64,000 nt of DNA from Epithemia pelagica (Eukaryota; Protista; Bacillariophyta), in NCBI GenBank assembly GCA_946965045.2, contig OX337236.1:2666001-2730000 (forward strand). Direction: 5' to 3'. Below are positions 28,775-40,150 of this stretch, in pieces. Under the pieces are notes generated by a model. That model did not search any database. It had not been told where the DNA came from and was given only the letters and a program-made list of their open reading frames with translations. Both the position numbers and the translations under genes were made by a program. Every line of letters begins with the position of its first letter. Position 1 is the first letter of the stretch.

Positions 28775-31015
28775 ATGGTTGGACAAGACGACGATGACAA
28801 CAACAACAACAAGAATGAGCCAGAGCCACCTCCCGTGTTGATTCCGGAAATCCGTGGCATGTTGGGCGATCATGGCGATTCGCAAAATTGGTTGGATGCC
28901 GTAGGATCCTTTCCCAATGGCGTGCCCCGCTTTGACTCGCGAGCGGCCTGTTTGGACTTTATGCAAAACTATGTCCGAACCAATGGAGGGAGCAATCCCG
29001 AATATCCTCATTTGCAACACATTTTTACCATGCTCATTAGTTGGAAGCAAGTCGAAACCATGTTGTTGCCTGCCATGGAACAAGCCCGAAAGGAACCCTC
29101 GTCGGCGAAACGCATTCCACCATCGTATGGAACCAACCAAGACGACACCTCCAGCAATACTACTTCCAAGAATATTTACGAACAACCAGACGCTCGTTCC
29201 GTGAATGAGACCGTGGCCGATCGATTGGACGTGCCCTTTCATCAATGCACCACGGTGGAAAGTGTCCACAATACATTGAAATACCTGTTTTTTCACATGC
29301 GATGCGGCATTTATGTCATGATTCGCAATGGAAAATTGCGAATCTTTTGTCCCTTTGTCAATAGCTCCTATCGAAATACCTGGGACAAAGTCATGTAAGT
29401 AATGTTAGAGGAGGAGGACCAGGGACGTTTGGGGTGGAACCACGATGGGTCCAATGCCTGTCGGTGTCTTTCTCTTCTTTTTGTGCTTCTCACTGTCTTT
29501 CTCTCGGCTCCTCTTCTCTCGATGGATACTACTACTATCTACTATAGAAAGCTGGAAGGAGACGATACATTGGATTCGTACTACACCAAAAAATCGGGCC
29601 TGTATCGGGAAGAGCAGATTGAACCCGATCGGTCCAAATGGTGGGCCAATGGCAATATCATTTGCAATGAACTCACCAAATTTGAAGACAAGACCAAGAG
29701 TCAACATTGGGGCGATCACTTTTTGTCACCCCTCCGGGACATGTTGGGCGAAGCCTGTCGACTCCGCGAAATGCCGGACTGTGAGTTTTTTCTCAACAAG
29801 CGCGATTATCCCCAACTCAAGGTCAATGTCCCTCGGGGGGAACCAGTCGAACCCTATGGCTTTATTTTTGACAAGGACGACCGGGATCCCCAACAAGATG
29901 TCGATCTCGTTCCGGAACATAAATTCCCTTCCTATGCTCCCATTGTCTCCTTTTATGCCGCCGCACCCGATCGCTTTACCGACATTCCCTGGCCAAGTTC
30001 CGAGGATTGGGAGGCGGCCTGTGGTCTCGTCTTTCCCCACACCTTTATGCATGTCAAGAAACGAGGCGGCCGAGAGATTGAATTGAATGGCAATCCTCGC
30101 GATTTGTTTACCGAAGCCAATTTTCGAAAATTTGAACGCACCTGGGAAGACAATCGCGTCGCCACGGCCTTTTTTCGGGGCACCGCCACGGGGGGAGGAA
30201 CCACGGTGGACAACAATCAACGTCTCAAAGTCGCCTCGCTGTGTCATGAATGGAAAGACGATCCCGTCAAGGGAGGGACGGAACCCTACTTGGATGCCGC
30301 CATTGTGGGCTGGAATCTCCGTGACAAAAAGATTGCCGAAGGACCCATGACCTTTTTGCGAGCGTCGACCTTTCCCTTTACGGCCGGGAAGCATCATTTC
30401 ACACCCATTTACGAACAATCCAAGTACAAATACCTTGTCTATGTGGATGGACACTGCGCTGCTTGTCGGTATGGATTTATGATGCGACTCGGGTCCGTCA
30501 TTCTCAAGGTGGAACCCCGGCAAGTGGCGGATCGCATGTGGTACTTTCCCTTGCTGAAACCCTATCACGATCATGTTCCAGTGAAATCGGACTTGTCGGA
30601 TTTGGAAGAAAAAATCAAATGGTGTCGAGAACATGATGACGAATGCAAACAAATTGGTCAAAACGCCTTGAAATTCTATGAAACGTACGTGGCACGCAAT
30701 GCCTTGCTCGATTACCTCCAAATGGTTTGCCGGCACATGGCCAAACGGCATCAGGATCCCCCGTCGTGGTGGGAACGACCACCCCCGGAAGAAGATCCTC
30801 CGCAATTGAGCAAACCCGATGGCGTATTATGCTATGAGGATAAAAAGACGGGCACCAGTCGCCGGTGCAAACGATGCAGTACCGAATTTGAGGCAGAACA
30901 ACAAAAGCTCCAAGAGGCTCAAACCAAAAAGGCTACGGAAAAACTCGACAAGGGAGCCAAGAAGCAACAACTTCGGGCGCGAATGAGAAAACGGGCGAAA
31001 TCCTCCAAGAGTTGA
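28775..31015 (+). CDS. Glycosyltransferase family 90 (CAP10-like); exons 28775-29394 and 29548-31015
   Basis: Intron GTAAGT(29395)...CTACTATAG(29547) joins the two ORFs in frame (WDKVI|KLEGDD). GT90-type motifs FFLNKRDYP, AFFRGTATG, YKYLVYVDGHCAACRYGFMMRLGSVILKV and LKPYHDHVPVKSDLSDLEEKIKWCREHDDEC. Confidence 0.88.
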
Positions 31016-31435
31016 GACAATGTGGTGGTGGAGATACACACATGACACACCCTTGAATGACTGGAGACGGCGGATTCGGAGCGCGATCAAGGCGAAAAAG
31101 GCAGTGGTCCGCTGGTCAGTGAGTTGATTGCTGGTTTCGGTTTCATCTACTCAATACTGTTAAGAATTAGCTGCTGACCTGGTTTCTTTCTTAGTAAGAA
31201 GCTTCGAGGTTTCCCATAACTAGCGAACTCCAATATTTCTGAAACATCAACCTTATAATCCATTTAAACTACTATGATACGATCACTCTCTCTCGGTTTC
31301 TTTCTCTTGTTGTTTTCTCTCGATGTATTTTATCTTGCGCACGTCCCTGTGCTCAGGCTATGTGAGCCAATCTTTGTGGACCCTCTTTTGTGTATTTTGT
31401 GATTCTTGGAGTATCCATGGTTTCTCTCTCTTTCT

Positions 31436-34400
31436 CTACGATGCAAACGGGTTGTCAAAGGTTTGGGCCGAGTAATTGGGTGGATCAGGAATACTAAAGC
31501 CGTCACTGCTGTTGGCCATGACATTTGGCTGGAATCCTCCCATGGCGCCGTCCTGCACAGGAGGAAGAGGGGCTTGTGTCATTGGCAGTGGTTGTTGTTG
31601 TTGTTGCTGCGGTGGAGGATAATAGGATTTGGGCAGTTCTTGCGATGTGGGCTCGGGGATACCCATTCCACCATTGACAGTCGGTGGTAGTGTCGCCGCC
31701 GCCGGTTGCGGAGGTGGTGGCTGTTGTTGTTGTTGTTGTGGAGGAGGTGCTTGTTGTGGTTGTGCCTGGGGCGGTGCGGCGGGTTGCGCTTGCTGCAATG
31801 AATCTGCTGATGCTTGAGCCATTTCAGCTTCTTCCACGGCGCGATGCAACCGATCGGATTCTCGTCGCGTTTCCATGGCCAAGGCTTGTGCGTCATTGGC
31901 TCGACCCTGTACCTGCAGCAATTCATCTTTCTTGGCCTTGGCATCCAACTGCATCTGTTGTTCCAATTTGGCCTCCTTCTTTTGTTGTTTGTTTCCGCCA
32001 CCAAACAGACCCTTCTTCTTATCCTTGTTGACTTCGGAATTTCGGCGTTGTTTGGTCAATGCCGCTTCCGCATCTTCTGCAGCCTTGCGGTATTCCGAGA
32101 CTTGAGCCAAAAGGACGCGGTGATTTTCTTCCGCATCGCGAGCGACGGCATCGGCTTCCTTGGCCTTTCGACGCATTTCTTCAAAGTCCATTTTGGGTGG
32201 TGGAGGCGGCTTTTGTTGAGCCGTAGCGGCAGCAGCTGATGCTGACGAGGAAAAGTCCATGGTCGATCCTCCTCCCGCCACAGAAGAGAGAGGCTCACCT
32301 CCCATAAAGTCTCCGTCATTGAAGCCAAAGGCTGAAGTGGTGGACATGTTCCGGTTATGATTCCCTCCAGAGGATGGTGGGAGATTGTCCATGGTGGGAA
32401 CCGCACTGACGGGTTGCGCATAATCATAGGGCCCTGGCACCGTCCCGGGGGAAGCAACGGGTTGAGCCGGTGGGGAGGCCGCGCCCACGGAGCGTTCCAG
32501 ATTGGACGCGACTTCGGGAATTGCTGGTGGCCCAGCCGTGGCATCGAGAGTCATTTCAATGCTATTTGCGTCCACCACTTGTGTCACTGCCGTGGGAGGA
32601 GGAGCTGGTTGTCCATACAAGTCCCCTTGTGCTGGAGGAGGACTTTGGCCATAGGCCGCCGCTTGAGGAGGGGGAGGAGGAGGCGCCGCCGCAAACATGT
32701 CTGGAGCAGCTTGGAGGGCAGGGCCACCCGCCGCCGCAGCAGCAGTGTTGGCAGCAGCGGATGCCATCATGGTTTGATTGGCCTCTTCCAAGGCATCTCG
32801 TGTGGCCGTTTCTTCCGTGATCAAACTGTTGAGTAATCTGGAACGACGACAAAACGACATGAATACACAATGTGAGCAACCCCAAATCAGGAACCAATCC
32901 CTCACGTCTCGTTTGTTGAGCAAATGTTAGTTTGACGTACCCGGCATTGTCCTTGGCCGACTTGAGTGTGGCGGTCAAATCGGCAAAGCGTGTTTTTTGG
33001 GCCGCCACTTGTTGTCGCAATCCAGTCAAGACACTGGACAAGCGTGCCACTTCGGCAATGGTAATGGCCAATTCCTTTTGGACATCGCGTTCGTCTTCGG
33101 TACTTCCCGACAATTGTGCCTTGAGACTAATGTTTTCGGCTTGCAATTTTTGCAACAATTCTCGCATTTGCGTCAATTCCGCACTGCTACTACTACTACC
33201 ACCATTGCTCGTACCGACCGCCGCGGCCACGGCGGCCGTTGTGGTGGCAGCCGCAACGGCTGGTTCCATGGTCGGAGCCGGGGTTGTGGTGGGTGCTGGC
33301 ATGCTGGTGGGTGCCGGTGGAGCCGCCGCAGCCGGCACTGCGGGTGGTGGAACAGCGGCCGGTTCCGAGAATTGGTGCGGTGGTTGGGCTGGTTCCGGTA
33401 CGGCGGCGATTGGTGGAACGGTTTCCACTTCGGGTGGTGCTGCCATCATATCGGAAGCCATGGTCGGTTCTGTGCCCAATCCTTCAAAGGCATCGGAAAT
33501 GCTCATACCTCCTGCAGCCGCACCCAAGGGAGGAGGTTGTGCCGCTTGTGCCAAGACGGCTGCCGCACTGGCATCGGCTGCTTCGGCCAAGGCAGCCGCG
33601 GCTGCGGCATCAGTGGTTGTGGGTGGAACCGGTGACGGTGCCGGTGGTTGAGGCGTCGGTGTGGGTTGCGGGGGAGCTGCTGCGGCTGCTGCTTGTGGTG
33701 GCTGCTGTGGCGACTGTTGTTGTTTGAATTGCACCAACGAGTTGGGAAGCGAGGGTGGCATGGGCAAGGACTTTTTGGAAATACACACAATCAAATGCAT
33801 GGCAATGGCAAATTCGACCTTATCCAATCGATTGTCAACCGGATGATCCACCATGTTCCAAATAGCCGCCAATGCCTGTTGCGGCATGCCCGATTTGGAA
33901 AAGAGAGCCACGGCTTCCGCACCGTAGACAAATCCATCCTCCTTGCTGTATTCGGGAAACAAGCCTTCGTATCGAGAAAAGTCACTGGGTGCCATGGAAT
34001 AGGGATCCTGTGCCGTCAAGGCTGTGCTACTGCCCATTTGCTGTTGTTGTTGCATCATGGACATGCGTTGTTGTTGTTGCTGTTGCGTTGGTTGAGGGGA
34101 CATGCGAGGTTGCGAGGGAGGGGCTTGTTGTTGTGGTGGTGCTGGTGCTTGTTGGGGAGTCGCGGGTGGCTGTTGCATCGGCGTGGGGGATGCCGATGGT
34201 GCCGGTGGGCCTCCCGCAGCTGCAGCCGGTTCCGGTGGCAAGGGTACCGTGACACCACTCACCCCATCAAACATGGGTGGTCGCATCACGACACCGGGCG
34301 GTGTGGCCAAGGTGGCACCCTGTCCACGATGTCCATTTTGCGTACATTGAATCAATCGTACCGCGACGGCAAACTTGGGCAAATCCAAATAATTGGACGG

Positions 34401-34905
34401 AGGCTGATCGGCCACGGTCCAAATATTTTTGAGTGTGTCAATGGGCAATTTGGATCGCGTAAAGAACTGAACCGCTTCCGCACCTCCAATTTGACCCCGA
34501 CCGGCCGTGTCGGCTACTTGGAACAAGGCTTGGTAATAGGCCTATGATGCACGAAAGACGTCGATCGTAGTGACAATGTGAGTGGGTGTTCCACCGTGGG
34601 TGGTAGATGATGAAACGAACAAAAGGAAGAAAAATGATATTCAAGCCACATGCGCAAGAGCCGATCATGTCACAGTGTGACACCGGTGACAGTATCGGAA
34701 TAGGATCCGGATCATGGCCACCAAACCATTTACGTTGGAAACCATGAAGAGGATCGAACGCAACACACAGAAGCAGGAGAATATGTGTCGTGAGCTTTCT
34801 TGTTTGCAATGATTTAAAAAAAAGGCCGTCACACCAAGCACCTACCCGTTCATGGTCTTCTGGAATGTACTTAATGGCTGGTGCGTTGGAGGGTGGAGCC
34901 GACAT
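31436..34905 (-). CDS. Eps15/Ede1-like endocytic adaptor with two EH domains, coiled coils and a C-terminal NPF; exons 34905-34846, 34541-32941, 32837-31436
   Basis: EH1 FQVADTAGRGQIGGAEAVQFFTRSKLPIDTLKNIWTVAD; EH2 YEGLFPEY...GAEAVALFSKSGMPQQALAAIWNMVD...EFAIAMHLI. GT-AG introns 34845-34542 and 32940-32838 restore the frame (EDHER|AYYQAL; KDNAG|LLNSLI). Ends DNPFAS. Confidence 0.88.
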
Positions 34906-35240
34906 GATGATAAGGCTGAAAAAACAGATGAATAGGAAACGTTCAACTGGGAGAAAACGTTTGGGAACACTGTCGACAAGACGGCACTTTGGAAGGAAGC
35001 TATCTCTCTCTCTCGTGAGAAGGATGGAAGGTGCGAGCCTCGTCTCTCGCTAGTACTGCTCAAACGGTCTGAGCAACACACAAGGCACACGTCGTTTGCC
35101 TTTCAATCTCTTTGGAGGATAATAACAGCCTTGTCTCGTTTCTGCAATAGATCTTGTTCTTGTCCGTTGGCAGTCCACTTTTCTCCATTCCACACATGCC
35201 GCCAACCCAAGGTTGAGGGGCGTGCTGCCGTGTCCAATAA

Positions 35241-37371
35241 ACCCCAAAGACGCGTAGCAAAGCTTCCCAAGATTTGGATGCGGCCGTATCTTTTGCGCCT
35301 CCTCTTGTACACAAAACGATACAATGGATGTTCAATCTACCTCCATTCTGTATACTCTTTAGATTATACCGAATCTCTCAACGGTCGTTTTCACAGTCGC
35401 GGTCCACGTCGTACGTGGCAGTATCTATAGCGAATAAGTCGCGTTTCGGTCATTGTACAGATTCACAGTCGCGTCCAAAGTACGTCACGTGGATTCCTCG
35501 TGAATCTCCTATCGGATGGCCGGACAGACGAACAAGACCTGCACCACCCCACGATAACCTTACACAGACAGCCGCCCGCACGCATTCGTGTGGCGTGCGC
35601 GGAAGTGCACCGACACAGGACGGACAGACGGTCGTCGTGGTGTGCCGTTCACGTTCGCTCGTCGAAACACGAGGAGCGGTCCACCATCATCATCAACATC
35701 CACCACACCGAGACCTTTGCTCTTGTGTTGGCGTTGTCTTGATCTCTCATTTCCGTAACCAAAAGAACGAATTGAACCATGGCTGATGGAGAAGAAGACT
35801 ACAATATTGAGAATGCCGATGCCGATGCCTCCTCTACCATTCGTATGGAAGCTGGTCAGATCAAAAAGGGAGGGTAAGGAACACACACATAGTTGTACCG
35901 AATCTCTTACCTAATCGCTCATCGCAACCACCATCGCCACAACGCTCGTGCGTTGGAACTGTTGGAACTGGTTTGTTGTGCTCCTGCTCGACGCGAAAGT
36001 GCCAAACCCGTTGTTCCGAATGGTTATTATGGATTTGTTGGAGGCAAGGTGAAACCGGATTGTGTTGAAGTGGCAGTTCGTGAACTAATAGATTTATTGC
36101 TGTGGAATGAAGAAACAGCATCCTTCGAGGTCAACTGGTTACCGCCTACAGCAAGACCGGAGCTATTGGCCTTGTACCAAATTCCATCATCCATCGTGTC
36201 TACAAACGACTCTACCGACACAGTTCCAGAGGGCGTAGACTTCATGGAGGAAGCGGAGGATAGAGATGATGCTAGTCTTGTTCGCGCTGATGTGGCGGGT
36301 GATGGAAAGGACTGGTTTGAGATGCTGTCGAACATGCCTGATTGTGACTATTTATCGACAAGTCCTCACGGCAAGCCGTACAAATTAACTCCCACTCGTT
36401 CCAACATGACGAAAGTCGTTCAACGATTATTATTTCCACATCATTAGCAAGAGGAGTGGACATTGCTCCAGGATTTGCAGCACTTTTGGAGGGCAGATCG
36501 ATTGAATATTGAGCTGGACACTTTCACGGAACGTGCCAAAATGTCTCACGAGCTTTTGGTGCATCAAGTCGCAACCATTCATGTGGAAAGTCGCACCAAT
36601 GCCATTGAAATGCGCTTACGATGTGATTGGGAACGTAACACGGGCTTTGCGACTGTGACACATATGAAATTGCAGCGAGAGCGAGAACTGCTGGGACAAG
36701 ACCAATAGGACTAACTACTGCAGTCTCTCGACTTGCATTCTCATGAGACGGACCAGAGTTGGCTGGTTCCTTTTTCGCTTTGCTTTCTTAGTGCTAATGA
36801 CATTACGCGATCGAGCAGGAACCATACGTCTGATTCCTTGCCACTTCATTTGATATCTTCGCTCTATGGTGCGGACCGACGAGAGTTGATGCAAGTTTCG
36901 GCAACGTCAGACTTGGAACGGGAGGACCGAGCATTTTAAAAGGCTTTAAGGGAAAGTCAAGATATGCTCAAGGCGACAGTAACCGAGTTGTGTAAAGGAT
37001 TTAGTAGTGGTGAAAATAGCGAGCAGGCTGTTAGCCATGCGGAGTTACTGGATTGGATACTGTGCCAAAACCCGAATGTGACGATGACTAGCAACAACTT
37101 CCTGCCTTATTCAAAGGCGGCTTCGTTTGATTCTAATGTGGAGCAATCGTTGTTGTCTTTGCCTCCCGAGATTATTTTGGACAGCCCAGCGATCCAACTG
37201 GGATTGGCACGGAACCGGTGGATGTGTCGAGGAGAGCTGTTGAACAAGTATGCCCAATGGAGGAATGGCAAACCATCTCGATGGGATGTGGTCCAGAGTT
37301 TGGGAGTAGGAGAGCTGTTCTCGTTTCTAGTTGGGCGCTTGGACGCGGACTGTCGTGAAATGGGAAGTTGA
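35241..37371 (+). pseudogene. Decayed gene of unknown function, interrupted by an insertion and four in-frame stops
   Basis: ORFs 35893-36447, 36463-36708, 36733-36939 and 36964-37371 are all in the same frame, separated by TAG(36445), TAG(36706), TAA(36712) and TAA(36937). The upstream piece ...FRLYRIS (35274 frame) joins YRISYLIAH... when the 35379-35907 block is removed. The true 5' end is uncertain. Confidence 0.7.
35379..35895 (+). pseudogene. Captured copy of the eIF5A promoter, exon 1 (35779-35873) and intron start, bounded by the 12-bp direct repeat TACCGAATCTCT
   Basis: About 35400-35895 aligns with about 45773-46255. Exon reads MADGEEDYNIENADADASSTIRMEAGQIKKGG|gtaag versus MGDNEEDYNIENADAGASSTIPMEAGQIKKGG|gtaag. 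No exon 2 follows. The repeat lies at 35367-35378 and 35896-35907. Confidence 0.9.
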
Positions 37372-37824
37372 GGCCAATGCATCAGTAATCAGTACGGGCC
37401 GTGGAATATCGCCAATTAGACAACGTCGATTGAGAGGGTGCAACTGGCTACATGGAATTTCCCACTCCGGCGTTCACGAGTGAGAAAGGGAAGATAAAGA
37501 TTAGATGGAGCATTTACGGAACACCTTGGGTGCTAAATCATCTCTTTGTAACAAACCCAAACTTCAAATGAAACAGAACGCTATAGATATTATAGTCCCA
37601 CATTTCCCGGCTGTTCTCGACGATGCCCGTTTGACGCGACAACCGAAGAGTTGGTTTTCGAGAAAAGAGTATATACCATCTGTAGTTGCTTCCGGATGCG
37701 ATCGCCCTGTCGAACGAGCAAGATCGTTGTCAGTGTCTCTCTGACTTTGAAGCCTTGATAACACCAACGATGCATCAAGAATATATGGCCTCAGGTGGTA
37801 CCGAGGCCGAAAATCCTAAAGTAC

Positions 37825-39168
37825 TTAATTCCATGAAGCACAAGTGATGTCGTCGTCCTCAAATTCATCGTCAGTCACAGCGGGGATTTCGATTTCTTTA
37901 TCGAGCAGCTCCAGAAAACTTGTTTTGGGAGGATTTCTTTCCGCTGGGTCAAACAGCAGAATGTCCACGGAGGAGTCTGACTCCTCTTCACCCGAAGAAA
38001 CAGAGGATGAACAACCGGGTAGAAGCTTGCAATGATGGTATGAATCATCCCTTGTTGTACGGGTAATATAGGAAGACAAATTCACGCCTGCCTTGATCAA
38101 TGCTGTGTACGGATCCATGATGTACTTAGCCCCTTCTGTTCCCGTTCCGTATAGAAGTCCAAAATCGATGACGTCAAGTTTGAATTCATGACCTTGGCTG
38201 TCCTTAAGTTTTGGAACATCAACTTTCCGTTCTTCCCGCAATATATCTTTCATTGTTCTTAGCATATTCTTCCCACTCGTACCACCATCGGACTCATCAA
38301 AATTCTGGTAGTGGTTATCCCAGTTGGTAACCAGCGAATCCGCCATAGCTTTCATCACTTCCGCCAAAAGGGTCGTCGCATTCTGCACTTCCTCTGTGGA
38401 TGCTATGCTGATATGGTTATATGAAGCATCCTGGTGCATTTGAAGCTGCTTATAGGTTGGCGCATAGTCAGCCACCATGAGCATTTTGTACCCAGTCTGG
38501 TATTGCCACTTTGCCATATCTTCCATCGACGAGAAGATTGGGATAGCGCAAACTACCCCGTTATTTAGGGTGTCGTAGATATGATTGTGCTCACTAGCGA
38601 AATATAATTTGGAGGTTCTCATGCTGGCGAGCTTCTGGATGAGGAGCTTGCTATAAGACCTGTTTCTGTGTCCAGTGACAAGTTCGAACATTGGCCACCA
38701 GAACTTGTGGCATTGATGGTTGGCGGGAAACGTATGTGCTCGCGACACATTGCTTCTGTCAAGTGATTCACCGAGAATGGTTTTGGCATACTTTTTCTCG
38801 TGGTTCTTTCTTGAAGTTCTGTTAGATCCATCGATTGGTCCATCAACATCAGGCACTTTAATGGAAATTGAAGAGGTAGAGTCCGCATCCTTCATGAATA
38901 GACTCGATGTGTTGTTGGGATCAGCCAAAATGAATTCCAAACCCTCCTTACTGTCAAAAACATTGACTACTTCCTCACGCCAATACAACGAGCATCTATG
39001 ATCGCGGCGAAGTGTCAATGCATTACGATAGCATTCCGTGTATTCCTGAGCCTCAAATTCCCAGACATTTTCGATGGTATCCCAGTAACGGCCCGAATCC
39101 TTTTCTAAGGTATCCTCCTTAAACTTCAGGAGCTCCCCGTATGATGGCTTGGAACTATCCGCCCCCAT
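37825..39168 (-). CDS. 447-aa protein with an N-myristoylation-type start and a degenerate HNH-endonuclease-like core
   Basis: Starts MGADSS (MGxxxS). SRAHTFP...KLYFASEHNHIYD resembles the AHIxP...NxLxLxxxHHxxFD pattern of HNH_2-type nucleases. Single exon with an acidic tail. Confidence 0.55.
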   Translation of the reverse strand: MGADSSKPSYGELLKFKEDTLEKDSGRYWDTIENVWEFEAQEYTECYRNALTLRRDHRCSLYWREEVVNVFDSKEGLEFILADPNNTSSLFMKDADSTSSISIKVPDVDGPIDGSNRTSRKNHEKKYAKTILGESLDRSNVSRAHTFPANHQCHKFWWPMFELVTGHRNRSYSKLLIQKLASMRTSKLYFASEHNHIYDTLNNGVVCAIPIFSSMEDMAKWQYQTGYKMLMVADYAPTYKQLQMHQDASYNHISIASTEEVQNATTLLAEVMKAMADSLVTNWDNHYQNFDESDGGTSGKNMLRTMKDILREERKVDVPKLKDSQGHEFKLDVIDFGLLYGTGTEGAKYIMDPYTALIKAGVNLSSYITRTTRDDSYHHCKLLPGCSSSVSSGEEESDSSVDILLFDPAERNPPKTSFLELLDKEIEIPAVTDDEFEDDDITCASWN

Positions 39169-39281
39169 TGTTTCTCTGTTGTGAGTAAATATTACAGATT
39201 ACAGCAATCGTATTGCCGTCACGAACGCAGCGCAGTGTGAGTGTGATGAGGAACGCAAGCGCCCTATCCCCTATCGCTTAT

Positions 39282-39311
39282 GGGGTTGGGTCTGGGGTCT
39301 GGGGTCTGGGG
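39282..39311 (+). repeat. (GGGGTCT)n-like G-tract array, potential G-quadruplex
   Basis: ggggttgggtctggggtctggggtctgggg contains five G-runs of 3-4 nt with 2-3 nt loops. Confidence 0.65.
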
Positions 39312-39548
39312 TTCCAAGTTACAAGACCCCCCTCTCTCTCTAGCGGGGGTGGCTAAGAGGGTTTAATTTCGCGTTTCAACCAAATTACAACCTATAAAAC
39401 ACCCCCGCGCTAGGGTGTGAGTCTGGATAAAAAATTCGAATGGAGCATGTACGTAATAATGCTAGAACACTTTTAGACTGGCGGTTTTCGGTATTCCCAA
39501 TTCCCAACTCATGATTTCCTGTTGTTTTGTTGTTAATCGTAATGTTCG

Positions 39549-39573
39549 CACTTCCAGCCCCTCGTATCCCAAT
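39549..39573 (+). repeat. Left terminal inverted repeat
   Basis: CACTTCCAGCCCCTCGTATCCCAAT; matches the right TIR at 21/25. Confidence 0.8.
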
Positions 39574-40150
39574 CGAAACGCCAGCCTAGCCGACACCCTT
39601 CACTCGCATCTTCAGAAACCCAAAAATTCACTATAGGCATAAAGTGTGGAAAGAGGTTTTCATTAAGTATAAGACGAGACTTAGCGAAAATTTCGGCCTT
39701 CATTGGCTAACAACTTGGATGGCCAAAATAGACCCATTCCAACGGTCGGCATTTCCGACTAAGTATCCAAAACACTTCCATAATTGTTATAGAAAGATGC
39801 CCCAATGTTAGTAGGACACCAGCGTACGTGCATTTTGCCTCAAAGTGCAGCACCACCCAGCATCCATCACGGGCAATTTTATGAGAAAAGTCACCTACCC
39901 ACAGATACCCGATTCATCCCGCGCGCTTCACAGAACATTAATTTTATTCATGGCTGGTTTAACTTATCATATAGTCGCAAATCAATCGTCCTTAGATCGT
40001 CGATTCTAAAATGAGTTTGGGTAAGATTGTTGGGCCTCATGCCTCACAAAATAGAAAACGCGATGACCGATCGCTCTGAAGACTCTTACGTATCTCACTC
40101 CTTATGGCAATAGATTACTAACAGAATAGCTATTCCTGTTTATTTCGAAG

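Noticed and set aside
29402-29547. Hydrophobic N-terminus (CLSLLFVLLTVFLSAPLLS) of the 537-aa ORF as a GT90 signal anchor
   Set aside because: It lies inside the GT-AG intron 29395-29547; the hydrophobicity comes from the pyrimidine-rich intron sequence.
35893-37371. Alternative genetic code (TAA/TAG read as Gln) to explain the in-frame stops
   Set aside because: Neighbouring genes terminate on TAA/TAG normally, and the stops are simply explained as single transitions in a gene already disrupted by an insertion.
39549-39600. RSS-like nonamer at 12- or 23-bp spacing from the CAC heptamer
   Set aside because: No ACAAAAACC-like sequence at either spacing on either end.
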